Origin: an uncultured Peptoniphilaceae bacterium | GTDB taxonomy: Bacteria > Bacillota > Clostridia > Tissierellales > Peptoniphilaceae | DNA length: 51,650 nt | Direction: 5' to 3' | Assembly (NCBI GenBank): GCA_946403255.1 | Contig: CAMIZH010000001.1 | Span: forward strand, 1-51,650 | Part shown: positions 29,145 through 38,594 of the stretch, piece by piece | How positions within the stretch are numbered: position 1 is the first letter of the stretch | Layout of the letters: each line of letters opens with the position of its first letter | The notes under the pieces: model-generated | Databases searched by the model: none | The model's input: the letters and a program-made list of their open reading frames with translations, nothing else | What the model was told of the DNA's origin: nothing | Program-made: the position numbers and the translations under genes

Positions 29145-30560
29145 CTAACCAATTGAGCCTTCAAGTTCTAGTCCAATTAAGTTGTTCATCTCTACTGCAT
29201 ACTCTAATGGAAGCTCTTTAGCAATTGGTTCAGCAAATCCACGAACTACCATTGCTTTTGCTTCTTCTTCTGGAATACCACGAGTCATTAGATAGAAAAT
29301 TACCTTATCAGAAATTCTACCAATTTTTGCTTCATGTCCTAAATCAACATGTTTGTTTCTAATGTCAATTACTGGAATAGTATCTGATCTTGATTCGTTA
29401 TCAAGCATTAATGATTCACAACTTACTGTGTTTTTACAGTCGTATGCTCCTGGTGCAACTTTTACAAGCCCTCTATATACAGCAACTCCGCCACCCTTTG
29501 AAATAGATTTAGAATTTACTGTTGATTTTGTATGAGGCGCTGCGTGAATTGTTTTTGCCCCTGTATCAATATTTTGTCCAGGTCCTGCAAAAGAAATTCC
29601 TGTATATTCACTTTGAGCATATTCTCCAACTAATACTGATGCTGGATATAACATAGATACTTTTGATCCAAATGATCCAGAAACCCATTCAATCTTACCG
29701 TGTTTTTGAACAGTTGCTCTTTTAGTATTTAAGTTATACATATTTCTTGACCAGTTTTCAATTGTAGAATATCTAAGAGTTGAATTTTCTCCAACAAAAA
29801 GTTCTACTCCACCTGCGTGAAGATTTATTACATTGTATTTTGGTGCTGAACATCCTTCTATAAAGTGACAATATGCATTATCCTCTACAACTATAAGTGT
29901 ATGTTCAAATTGTCCTGCTCCTGGTGCATTTAATCTAAAGTATGATTGAAGTGGAACATCAACCTTTACACCCTCTGGTACATATACAAAACTTCCACCA
30001 CTCCATACTGCATAGTGAAGAGCTGCGTATTTGTGAAGATTTGGAGTTATACATTTCCCAAAATATTTTTTAACAATTTCTGGATATTCTTTAACACCAG
30101 TTTCAAAGTCAGTATAAACAACACCTTGATCTAGTAAATATTTTTGAATATTGTGATATACAACTTCACTATCATATTGAGCTCCAACTCCTGAAAGCAT
30201 TGCATTTTTTTCAGCTTCTGGAATTCCAAGTCTATCAAAAGTTTCAGCAATTTCATCTGGAACATTTTTCCAGTCATCAGTTAAATCTGCATCAGGTCTT
30301 ATATAAGTTGTAATTTCATCCATATTTACAGCTGAAATATCTGGACCCCATACAGGATTTGATTTTTTATAATATATTTCAAGTGCTTTAAGTCTAAACT
30401 CAAGCATCCATTTAGGTTCATTTTTTTCTTCAGAAATGGCTCTTACTATATCTTCAGTAAGTCCTTCTTCAGTTTTTTTACGAAAGACAACTTTATCTTT
30501 AATATCGTAAATACCTCTGTCCATTTCTTCTATTTGAGTTTTTTTCTTTTCTTTTGGCAA
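29145..30560 (-). CDS. sufB: Fe-S assembly protein SufB
   Basis: GVGAQYDSEVVY, GQFEHTLI, EGCSAP, FYLMTRG; TTG start. Confidence 0.97.
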   Translation of the reverse strand: MPKEKKKTQIEEMDRGIYDIKDKVVFRKKTEEGLTEDIVRAISEEKNEPKWMLEFRLKALEIYYKKSNPVWGPDISAVNMDEITTYIRPDADLTDDWKNVPDEIAETFDRLGIPEAEKNAMLSGVGAQYDSEVVYHNIQKYLLDQGVVYTDFETGVKEYPEIVKKYFGKCITPNLHKYAALHYAVWSGGSFVYVPEGVKVDVPLQSYFRLNAPGAGQFEHTLIVVEDNAYCHFIEGCSAPKYNVINLHAGGVELFVGENSTLRYSTIENWSRNMYNLNTKRATVQKHGKIEWVSGSFGSKVSMLYPASVLVGEYAQSEYTGISFAGPGQNIDTGAKTIHAAPHTKSTVNSKSISKGGGVAVYRGLVKVAPGAYDCKNTVSCESLMLDNESRSDTIPVIDIRNKHVDLGHEAKIGRISDKVIFYLMTRGIPEEEAKAMVVRGFAEPIAKELPLEYAVEMNNLIGLELEGSIG

Positions 30561-30561
30561 A

Positions 30562-31311
30562 TTACTTCACCTCTTCTCTAATCCAGTTAAATCCTTCTTC
30601 TTCAATTTTATCTATTAGTGAAGCGTCTCCTTCTTTTACAATGCGTCCGTCAATAATAACATGAACAACATCAGGAACAACACTTTTAATAAGTTCTCTA
30701 TGGTGAGTGATAATTAAAACTGCATTTTTTTCACTAACAAATCTTTCGATTCCTTCAGATACAATTCTAGTAGCATCAACATCTAGTCCAGAATCAGTTT
30801 CATCAAGAATAGCAAGTTTTGGATTTAACATAGACATTTGTAAAATTTCATTTTTCTTTTTTTCTCCACCAGAAAAACCAATATTTAAATATCTTTCAGC
30901 ATAAGAATGATCCATTTTTAGTTCATCCATTTCAGCTTGTAATTCTTTTCTAAATTTTAAAATAGGAACATTTTTATCTTCAACAGAAGATTTTGCAGTT
31001 CTTATAAAGTTTTCAACAGAAATACCAGAAACTTCTTCAGGAGTTTGGAAACTCATAAAAAGTCCTTTTTTTGCTCTTTTATCAGTAGTTAAATCAAGAA
31101 TTGATTCACCATCTAAAGATATATCTCCATTTGTAACTTTGTAAACTGGATTGTCCATAATTACATTTGCAAGAGTTGATTTACCTGAACCATTTGGTCC
31201 CATAATTACATGTACTTCTCCATAATTGATATTTAAGTTTATATTATGAAGTATCTCTCTTTCTTCTATTCCAGCAGAAAGATTTTCTATTTTCAATAGT
31301 TCTTTAGCCAT
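30562..31311 (-). CDS. sufC: Fe-S assembly ATPase SufC
   Basis: GPNGSGKST, FSGGEKK, LDETDSGLD. Confidence 0.97.
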   Translation of the reverse strand: MAKELLKIENLSAGIEEREILHNINLNINYGEVHVIMGPNGSGKSTLANVIMDNPVYKVTNGDISLDGESILDLTTDKRAKKGLFMSFQTPEEVSGISVENFIRTAKSSVEDKNVPILKFRKELQAEMDELKMDHSYAERYLNIGFSGGEKKKNEILQMSMLNPKLAILDETDSGLDVDATRIVSEGIERFVSEKNAVLIITHHRELIKSVVPDVVHVIIDGRIVKEGDASLIDKIEEEGFNWIREEVK

Positions 31312-31367
31312 AATTGCCTCCCATTTTTTTCATATATCATTTTAAAGTAGTTACCTACTTAGTAGTT

Positions 31368-31418
31368 TAATCATAGTGTTTTACTCCGAATTAAATTCAT
31401 AGGAATCTACTACGAATT
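31368..31418. promoter_or_regulatory. Two tandem 25-bp imperfect palindromes, candidate Rrf2 operators
   Basis: TAATCATAGTGTTTTACTCCGAATT (31368-31392) and AATTCATAGGAATCTACTACGAATT (31394-31418), 18/25 identical. Confidence 0.6.
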
Positions 31419-31430
31419 CAAATCTATTCC

Positions 31431-31453
31431 ATTATAACATAATTTGTTATAAT
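31431..31453. promoter_or_regulatory. Back-to-back extended -10 elements (TGTTATAAT on both strands)
   Basis: ATTATAACA-TAATT-TGTTATAAT perfect inverted repeat; minus-strand copy points into suf. Confidence 0.55.
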
Positions 31454-31522
31454 TGCACATAATTTTATAGTGAAAATCCACCTTTTTAGCTAATGTAAAA
31501 GTTTTTCTAAAGCATTATTCTT

Positions 31523-31551
31523 TTGACAAAAAAATGCACAGACTATATAAT
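31523..31551 (+). promoter_or_regulatory. Consensus sigma-A promoter of CorC-like gene
   Basis: TTGACA, 17 bp, TATAAT. Confidence 0.85.
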
Positions 31552-31577
31552 TTAATATAAATGAGGTGCTATAAACA

Positions 31578-32822
31578 ATGCAAATAAATAATTACTTATA
31601 TTTACTTTTATCATTAGTTTTTTTATTTTTTTCATATCAGTTTACTCTTATGGAAAATGCATTTCTATCATTGTCTCCTAGCAAAATAAAGTCTATGGAA
31701 GAAGATGAAGTTAATAATTTAGATTTAATAAAAAGAATTGTAACTAATAAAGATATGCTTTCAATTGCACTTGTTGGAGATTTTTTCTCTGATGCAATAA
31801 CAAGTATACTATTATCTGTTTTTTTCTATAATTTATATGGAGTTATAGGACTTATAATATCTTGTATACTTTCTGTTATTTTAATTGTTGTCTTTGGAGA
31901 AACAATTCCTAAAACAATTGGTTCTTATGAATGTAAAAAATATGCTCAAAAAAAAGCAAAAACACTTTATAGAGTTTCTTTTATATTTAAACCACTTGCA
32001 AAAATAATAGAGTTATTATCTTCTATATTTTTAAGAATTTTTGGAGGTTCTGAAATAAGTAGAATTCCACTTATAACTGAAGATGATTTAATTGATGCAG
32101 TCTCGCTTGGAATTGAAGAAGGTATTTTAAATAAAGATGAATCTCTTATAATAGAAAATGTAATGGATTTTAGAAATTCCTATGCAAAAGATATTATGAC
32201 TCCTAGAACAGATGTTGTAGCAATAGATGTTGATACTCCTTTTGAAGATATTCTTAAAATTGTAAATGAAGAGGCTTTTTCAAGAATGCCTGTTTATGAA
32301 GATGATCTTGATAATGTTCTTGGAATACTTCATGTAAAAGATTTAGTTTCAATACCTAGAGATGATTCACTAAGAAATCATTTAGATATGCTAAAAACTC
32401 CACTCTATACTTTTGAGTATAAATTAATAGGACAACTTTTTAATGAAATGCGATATAAAAAAATATCTGTTGCCATTGTATCTGATGAATACGGTGGAAC
32501 AGAAGGAATGATAACTACAGAAGATTTAATTGAAAAAATCGTTGGAGCTATATCCGATGAATATGATGAAGATGATGATGAAGACATAATTAAAATTGCA
32601 CCAAGAGAATATCTTATTGATGGTTCTATGAATCTTGATGCTTTAAATCAAATTCTACACCTTGATTTAAACTCTGATGAAACAGATTCAATTGCTGGAT
32701 TTATAATAGAAAATATTGATAGATTTCCAGAAGAGAATGAAGATATTGTTATTGAAAATTTACATTTTCATATTGAACAAGCTTCTAAAAATAGAATAGC
32801 TAAGCTGATTTTGAAACTATAA
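31578..32822 (+). CDS. HlyC/CorC (CNNM/DUF21-CBS-CorC) transporter family protein
   Basis: FGETIPK, IMTPRTD, FSRMPVY, DEYGGTEG..T.ED..E.IVG.I.DEYD. Confidence 0.93.
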   Translation: MQINNYLYLLLSLVFLFFSYQFTLMENAFLSLSPSKIKSMEEDEVNNLDLIKRIVTNKDMLSIALVGDFFSDAITSILLSVFFYNLYGVIGLIISCILSVILIVVFGETIPKTIGSYECKKYAQKKAKTLYRVSFIFKPLAKIIELLSSIFLRIFGGSEISRIPLITEDDLIDAVSLGIEEGILNKDESLIIENVMDFRNSYAKDIMTPRTDVVAIDVDTPFEDILKIVNEEAFSRMPVYEDDLDNVLGILHVKDLVSIPRDDSLRNHLDMLKTPLYTFEYKLIGQLFNEMRYKKISVAIVSDEYGGTEGMITTEDLIEKIVGAISDEYDEDDDEDIIKIAPREYLIDGSMNLDALNQILHLDLNSDETDSIAGFIIENIDRFPEENEDIVIENLHFHIEQASKNRIAKLILKL

Positions 32823-32842
32823 TCAAAATCAGCTTAGCTATT
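32795..32842. terminator. Perfect 20-bp-arm inverted repeat, probable bidirectional terminator
   Basis: AATAGCTAAGCTGATTTTGA, 8 nt, TCAAAATCAGCTTAGCTATT at a convergent gene junction. Confidence 0.75.
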
Positions 32843-32843
32843 T

Positions 32844-33200
32844 TTAATCTACACTTATAACTTTTAAATTCGAATTTTTCCAACTTGCTCTTTCCCCAAG
32901 TTCTTCAACAACTTCTTTTAGACAGTCATCATCTTCATAACTTTCATCAATTGGAGCTACCCGAATATCACTACTATATGATATCTCTTTAACTTCTTTT
33001 CCTAAATCCATTAGAGTCATTACTCTATTTTTAAGACTACATATTTCATCTTCATTATCTACTCTTATATATGTATTACTTTTTGTTCTCCTATAAAAAT
33101 ATATTTTTTTATTATATTTTTTTTCATAATACTTCATATATGCTTCACAGGAAATTTTAAAAGAACCAAATGGATTCATCTCAAAAACTATTTTTTTCAA
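32844..33200 (-). CDS. Hypothetical protein resembling a small phage-protein family
   Basis: Open frame with GAGGTG SD before TTG 33200; FGSFKIS.EA...DDCL.EVVEELGERAS...LKV pattern. Confidence 0.7.
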   Translation of the reverse strand: MKKIVFEMNPFGSFKISCEAYMKYYEKKYNKKIYFYRRTKSNTYIRVDNEDEICSLKNRVMTLMDLGKEVKEISYSSDIRVAPIDESYEDDDCLKEVVEELGERASWKNSNLKVISVD

Positions 33201-33283
33201 ACTTTCCACCTCACCATAATAATATATTAAAAATATTATAACACTTTGAGGATAAAAAACATCATATAATTATATTATATATT

Positions 33284-33312
33284 AAAAAAAGCCCTCTTTA
33301 TGAGGACCTTTT
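33284..33312 (-). terminator. Terminator after SLH gene
   Basis: AAAAGGTCCTC...GAGGGCTTTTTT on minus strand. Confidence 0.6.
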
Positions 33313-34238
33313 TACTTTATAGCTCTTAACATTGTTATTACTGCTTCTTCTCTAGTTACATTTTTCTTTGGATAAAAATTATTTTTCTTATCTAAATTTA
33401 ATAAATTATTTCCAACTAGTAATTTAACAGATTCTACTGCATATGGAGATATATCTTTTTCATCTGCAATAGTTACTTTTTTATTTTGTAAATCTTTTGT
33501 ATCTGAAATTAATCTAACTACACTTACAGACATATCTTGTTTTGTAAGTTCTGCCTTTGGAGAAAAAGTATCCTTACCTGTTCCATTCATTAATTTTAAA
33601 CTATGAGCATTTGAAACATAAGGATTTTTAGTATCTTTAAATTCACTTTCTTCTATATGTGATTTTGCAATATTTCCTTTTTCTGCTGCTTTTACAATTA
33701 ATTCTGCAAACTCTTCTCTATTAATATTTTTCTTCATATCTTTTTTTAACTCATCAGATATAAGACCTAACTTTTGAGCTTCTAACAATTCTTCTTCTGC
33801 CCAAGTACTAGAATTTTTATAAATTCCTACAGATCCCATAGTTACATAATTAGAAAAATCACTTTTTTGATCTTTTACAGAATATCTTGCCCTAATAGAA
33901 TAATTATCAGGATTTTCATTTAAAATTTTTATAACTTCATCTTTTTTTAAATTTACACTTGTGTATCCCTTTACATTTACAAAGTTTTTTACTATAACTT
34001 TATTATTCTTACTAGTCCAATCTTTCTTTCCAGCCTTAACATCTAGCTCAATTTTTATATCTTCTGGATTTTTAATTTTGTTAATACTATCTGGATTTTT
34101 AAAAGTTATATTGTATGAACTATCTTTTTTCTCTATTGATAAATTACTTGGTTTTTCCTTTTCTAAAGTATTTGCTAATACGCCTACTGAATGCAATGAA
34201 AATAATAATGTCAATATTAATAAAATTTTCTTATTCAT
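33312..34238 (-). CDS. Secreted S-layer homology (SLH) domain protein
   Basis: Signal peptide; three SLH-like repeats (INREE, F.P...LTKQD, FYPK.NVTREE); beta-rich N-terminal domain. Confidence 0.85.
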   Translation of the reverse strand: MNKKILLILTLLFSLHSVGVLANTLEKEKPSNLSIEKKDSSYNITFKNPDSINKIKNPEDIKIELDVKAGKKDWTSKNNKVIVKNFVNVKGYTSVNLKKDEVIKILNENPDNYSIRARYSVKDQKSDFSNYVTMGSVGIYKNSSTWAEEELLEAQKLGLISDELKKDMKKNINREEFAELIVKAAEKGNIAKSHIEESEFKDTKNPYVSNAHSLKLMNGTGKDTFSPKAELTKQDMSVSVVRLISDTKDLQNKKVTIADEKDISPYAVESVKLLVGNNLLNLDKKNNFYPKKNVTREEAVITMLRAIK

Positions 34239-34289
34239 TTATTTCACCTCAGAAGCCATTGTAACAAAATTAAATATAAAAATCCACAT

Positions 34290-34317
34290 TGTCATCTTTT
34301 TGTAATATATTTGTAAT
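34290..34317. promoter_or_regulatory. WalR/OmpR-type direct-repeat box upstream of SLH gene
   Basis: TGTCAT-N5-TGTAAT-N5-TGTAAT; last two half-sites fit TGTWAH-N5-TGTWAH. Confidence 0.55.
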
Positions 34318-34332
34318 TTATTTTTTTGCAAT

Positions 34333-34358
34333 AAAAAAACTTCCAATCGGAAGCTTTT
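34333..34358 (-). terminator. Terminator after rpmF
   Basis: CTTCC/GGAAG stem followed by U7 on minus strand. Confidence 0.6.
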
Positions 34359-34360
34359 CA

Positions 34361-34540
34361 TTAATCCATTGCTACGACTTCTTTTCCATCATAGTAACCA
34401 CAGCTTGGGCATACTCTATGTGGTAATTTAGTTTCATGACAATTAGGGCATTCTACTACAGTTGTTTTATTTAATCTATAAGAAGATGCTCTTCTTTTGT
34501 TCTTTCTTTGCTTTGAAGTTTTTCTCTTTGGTACTGCCAT
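34361..34540 (-). CDS. rpmF: 50S ribosomal protein L32 (Zn-ribbon type)
   Basis: Not in ORF track (59 aa): [10 protein letters not shown]...[32 protein letters not shown]. Confidence 0.97.
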   Translation of the reverse strand: MAVPKRKTSKQRKNKRRASSYRLNKTTVVECPNCHETKLPHRVCPSCGYYDGKEVVAMD

Positions 34541-34542
34541 TG

Positions 34543-35064
34543 TTACACCTCCTCATTATTAAATAAATTAAGTAATTGTTCAAACCTAAGGTCTACATCA
34601 ACTTTATTTCCACAATCACAAGGCTCTTCATTTAAGTTTTGGCCACATTGTGGACATAACCCCTCGCAATCATCTCCACACAATTGTTTTAGCGGTTTTG
34701 ATGTAATTACTTGTGAAATTATTAAATCATCTAAGAATATATCATCCTCTGGTAAAGATATATACTCAATAGTTGCTTCGTCTTCTTTTTCGTTAATATC
34801 TTTAGCAAAATAAATTTTAAAACTAGAACTTACTTCACTGACCATTGGTACGAGACATCTATCACACTGTGTATTATACTTATATTTTATACACAAATCA
34901 AGTAGTAAATCTTCATCTAACTTAAAAATATTTCCTTCGTATTGAATAGGAAAAACTATATCAAAATTATCAATGTCATAACTACTCTTTTGGTCTTTTA
35001 ATTCACCATTTATGCTCATTAATTGATCTGGGCTAGAAATAAATTCTTTAATTCTAACTATCAT
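34543..35064 (-). CDS. yceD: YceD/DUF177 family protein
   Basis: CDRCL, LC..DC.GLCP.CG.NLN...C.C...D.RF; upstream of rpmF. Confidence 0.92.
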   Translation of the reverse strand: MIVRIKEFISSPDQLMSINGELKDQKSSYDIDNFDIVFPIQYEGNIFKLDEDLLLDLCIKYKYNTQCDRCLVPMVSEVSSSFKIYFAKDINEKEDEATIEYISLPEDDIFLDDLIISQVITSKPLKQLCGDDCEGLCPQCGQNLNEEPCDCGNKVDVDLRFEQLLNLFNNEEV

Positions 35065-35096
35065 TTTATCACCTCGTTAAAAAACCAATACAAGTC

Positions 35097-35125
35097 ATTA
35101 TACAATGCTTTTATAAAATTGTCAA
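35097..35125 (-). promoter_or_regulatory. Consensus sigma-A promoter of yceD-rpmF
   Basis: TTGACA, 17 bp, TATAAT. Confidence 0.85.
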
Positions 35126-35137
35126 ACCTATATAAAC

Positions 35138-35169
35138 CAATATCACAGGCATATTAGCCTATGATATTG
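35138..35169 (-). terminator. Hairpin/terminator after ackA
   Basis: CAATATCATAGGC/GCCTGTGATATTG 13-bp stem with one G-U pair. Confidence 0.6.
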
Positions 35170-35185
35170 CTCTTTATATAATTTG

Positions 35186-36388
35186 TTATTTTACAAGTTT
35201 TAATGTATCTCTTGCTATCATAAGTTCTTCGTTTGTTGGAATAACCATGATTTTAACAGAAGAATCATCTGCAGAAATAACTCTTTCTTTTCCTCTGATA
35301 TTGTTTCTTTCTTCATCTATTTTAAGTCCAAATACACTTAATTTATCAATGATGTGTTTTCTTGTGTCAATTGCATTTTCTCCAAGACCTGCAGTAAATA
35401 CAATTGCATCAATATCTTCAATATTTTCATATCCAGTCATATAAGAAGCGATGAATTTTCTTGCTTGTAATTCAAAAACATCTAGAGCAAGTTTAGCTCT
35501 TTCATTTCCAGCTTTAGCTGCATCTTCAATATCTCTAAAGTCAGAACTTACTCCTGAAATTCCAAGTACTCCTGATTCTTTATTTAAAATATTAGAAACA
35601 TCTTCAGATGTTAAGTTTTCTTTTTGCATTAAATAAGTTACGATAGCTGGATCGATTTCTCCACATCTAGTTCCCATTACAAGACCTTCAAGTGGTGTGA
35701 ATCCCATAGTAGTATCTTTTGATTTACCATGTTTAACAGCTGTAATACTTGATCCATTTCCTAAATGACAAGTGATGATATTAACATCTTCAGGTTTTTT
35801 ACCAGAAATTTCTGCATATCTATCAGTTAGATATTTATGAGAAGTTCCGTGGAATCCGTATCTTCTAACTTTATATTTTTCATAATATTCATAAGGAATA
35901 GCATAAACATAACGTTTAGGTGACATTGTTTGGTGGAAAGCTGTATCAAACACTGCAACTTGTTTTACTCCTGGAATAAGTTTTTCACAAGCTTCAATTC
36001 CCATAATATTTGGTGGGTTATGAAGTGGTGCAAGTTCAATATTATCTTCAATTCCTTTAAGAACTTTTGCGTCAATAACAGCACTATCAGCAAATTCTTC
36101 TCCGCCGTGAACAACTCTATGTCCAATTGCTCCAATTTCATCTAGAGAAGCAATAGCTCCGTATTCTTTGTCAATTAATGAGCTCATAACAAGAGATAAA
36201 GCGTCATTATGATCTGCCATAGCTTGTTCTATAACATGCTCTTCTTTACCTGTTGTTTCGTGTTTTATTCTTGATCCTTCGATTCCAATTCTTTCAACTA
36301 ATCCTTTTGCTAGAACTTCTTCTCCATTCATATCTATAAGTTGATATTTAAGAGATGAAGAACCACAATTGATAACTAAAATATTCAT
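35186..36388 (-). CDS. ackA: Acetate kinase
   Basis: [37 protein letters not shown]. Confidence 0.97.
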   Translation of the reverse strand: MNILVINCGSSSLKYQLIDMNGEEVLAKGLVERIGIEGSRIKHETTGKEEHVIEQAMADHNDALSLVMSSLIDKEYGAIASLDEIGAIGHRVVHGGEEFADSAVIDAKVLKGIEDNIELAPLHNPPNIMGIEACEKLIPGVKQVAVFDTAFHQTMSPKRYVYAIPYEYYEKYKVRRYGFHGTSHKYLTDRYAEISGKKPEDVNIITCHLGNGSSITAVKHGKSKDTTMGFTPLEGLVMGTRCGEIDPAIVTYLMQKENLTSEDVSNILNKESGVLGISGVSSDFRDIEDAAKAGNERAKLALDVFELQARKFIASYMTGYENIEDIDAIVFTAGLGENAIDTRKHIIDKLSVFGLKIDEERNNIRGKERVISADDSSVKIMVIPTNEELMIARDTLKLVK

Positions 36389-36491
36389 ATAGTCCTCCTA
36401 CTTTCAAATTAATAAATTATATTATATCATAAATATAATATTATGAATGGTATATTAAGTCAATTTTATAAAAAAATTTTATGAGGTGCAT

Positions 36492-37673
36492 ATGAAAATA
36501 TCAGGAATTATCGCAGAATATAATCCATTTCACAATGGTCATAAATATCAATTAGAGGAAGTTAGAAAAAATAGTGATATCATAATTGTTATAATGAGTT
36601 CATCCTTTACTCAAAGAGGTACACCTGCCATTTTAGACAAATTTACAAGATCTGAAATAGCAATAAAAAACGGGGCCAATTTAGTACTTGAGCTTCCTGT
36701 AATATATTCATCATCAAATGCTGAATACTTTTCAAAAGGAGCTATATTTATTTTAAATTCTTTGGGAATTATTGATAATTTATATTTTGGAAGTGAAAAT
36801 AAATTAGAAGATATTACTTCTATAAATGAAAAAATAAAAGAAAATAAAGATATATTTGAAGAAAATTTAAAAATAAATCTTTCTCTTGGTCACTCTTATT
36901 TAGTTTCTAGAGAAAAATCTATGACTTTTTTAAATGAAGATGAGATAAATATATTAAAAAAACCAAATAATATCCTTGGTTTTGAATATATAAAAGCCTT
37001 AGAATATTTTAATTCAAATATAAAACCTCAAGCTATATTAAGAAAAGATGTAGACCATGGTTCTAGTATTACAACAAATAACTTTTCTTCTGCATCAAAT
37101 ATTCGAGATTTATATTATAATAAAAATTTTACTGACATAATTGACTTTCTTCCTAAAGAAAGTTTAGATGCTTTAAAAAATATTAATACAAATAATTTTA
37201 ATAATTATTTTGATATTTTAAAGTTTTTAATTATTCAAAACAAAATAAACTATGAAAAATATTTTGATTATGAAAATGGTTTAGAAAACAGATTCTTAAA
37301 ATTTATAGATTCTTATAATATAGATCATTTTATTGATAATATATCTACTAAAAGATATACAAAATCTAGAATCTCAAGGCTTCTTAATAATATACTCCTA
37401 GATATAGACTCAGACTTTATCAAAAGCTCTTTTAACAGTCCTTATGTCCGAGTTCTAGCTATGGACGATCTTGGTGCTAAAGCTCTTAAATCGTCTAATG
37501 TAAATATTATAAATAAGTTTTCAAAAACAAATAATATTACTGATCCAGTTCTAAAAAGAATTGCCGAGAAAGAAGTTTTTGCTACAAATTTATACAATCA
37601 ATTTACTAATAAAATTGTAAATCAAGATTTTTTAAAAAGCCCTATATTTATAAAAAAAGAACTTAGAGATTAA
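36492..37673 (+). CDS. tmcAL: tRNA(Met) cytidine acetate ligase (YlbM family)
   Basis: IAEYNPFHNGH HIGH motif, FTQRG.PA, PNNILG.EY, KRYT..RI.R. Confidence 0.9.
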   Translation: MKISGIIAEYNPFHNGHKYQLEEVRKNSDIIIVIMSSSFTQRGTPAILDKFTRSEIAIKNGANLVLELPVIYSSSNAEYFSKGAIFILNSLGIIDNLYFGSENKLEDITSINEKIKENKDIFEENLKINLSLGHSYLVSREKSMTFLNEDEINILKKPNNILGFEYIKALEYFNSNIKPQAILRKDVDHGSSITTNNFSSASNIRDLYYNKNFTDIIDFLPKESLDALKNINTNNFNNYFDILKFLIIQNKINYEKYFDYENGLENRFLKFIDSYNIDHFIDNISTKRYTKSRISRLLNNILLDIDSDFIKSSFNSPYVRVLAMDDLGAKALKSSNVNIINKFSKTNNITDPVLKRIAEKEVFATNLYNQFTNKIVNQDFLKSPIFIKKELRD

Positions 37674-38110
37674 CCTCTAAGTTCTTGTCTATTTTCATTT
37701 AACATTTTTATTATTTCTGATAGATTAACTTGTGTGTTTTCTAAAAGTTCATCAGCATAATCTCTTGCACCTTCTCTAATTTGTAGAGATTCTGCATTTG
37801 CATTTGAAAGTATTTCATCTGCTCTTTGATTTGCTTTAATAACAAGCTCATCTTCATTTATATATTCTTCTGATTTAGCACGAGCATATTCAATCATTTT
37901 TTCTGATTCAGCTTTTGCATCTTCAATTATACTATCTCTTTTTTTAGTGATTTTAGAAGCTTCTTCAATTTGATTTGGAACTTCATTTCTTAAGTCGCTT
38001 AAAATTCCAAGTACGTCCGTTCTATCCACCATTACTTTTCCTGTTAGAGGAACTTGACTAGCTGTTTCAATTAGTTCTTCAAGTTCATCTACAAATTCCA
38101 TAAAATTCAT
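37670..38110 (-). CDS. Coiled-coil protein (ATP synthase b/DivIVA-like) downstream of coaD
   Basis: LEELIE.A..VPL.GKV.VD...GA.DYAD..L...L..NR.EL pattern conserved next to coaD. Confidence 0.75.
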   Translation of the reverse strand: MNFMEFVDELEELIETASQVPLTGKVMVDRTDVLGILSDLRNEVPNQIEEASKITKKRDSIIEDAKAESEKMIEYARAKSEEYINEDELVIKANQRADEILSNANAESLQIREGARDYADELLENTQVNLSEIIKMLNENRQELRG

Positions 38111-38114
38111 TAGA

Positions 38115-38594
38115 TTACCTCCCAAAATATTTATCTTTCATTGCTTTTTGCACAATTTCTGGAACAAATAGAGACAAATCTCCATTGTATTTTGCTACTT
38201 CTTTTGCAAGTGATGAACTAACAAAAAGATTTTCCTTTGATGACATTAAAAACACTGTTTCAACGCTATAAGAATATTCTTTATTTGCCATTGCAAGTGG
38301 ATTTTCCATTTCATAATCTGAAACAGTTCTTATTCCCCTTACAAAAGTTCTACACTTTTTTTTCTTTGCATAGTCTACACCAAGTCCTGTAAAACTATCT
38401 ATTTCTATATTTTTTTCACCTTTTAAAGATTCTTCTAAAAGATAGATTCTTTCTTCTATTGTAAAAAGACCTTCCTTACTTGGATTATGTAATATTGCAA
38501 CTATTACCTCTCCAAAAGTATCTCTTGCTCTTTTTATAATATCTAAATGCCCATAAGTTACTGGATCAAAACTACCTGTATATATAACTTTCAT
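38115..38594 (-). CDS. coaD: Pantetheine-phosphate adenylyltransferase
   Basis: GSFDPVTYGH, RGIR..SDYE.E, SSS..KEV; ATG at 38594. Confidence 0.96.
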   Translation of the reverse strand: MKVIYTGSFDPVTYGHLDIIKRARDTFGEVIVAILHNPSKEGLFTIEERIYLLEESLKGEKNIEIDSFTGLGVDYAKKKKCRTFVRGIRTVSDYEMENPLAMANKEYSYSVETVFLMSSKENLFVSSSLAKEVAKYNGDLSLFVPEIVQKAMKDKYFGR

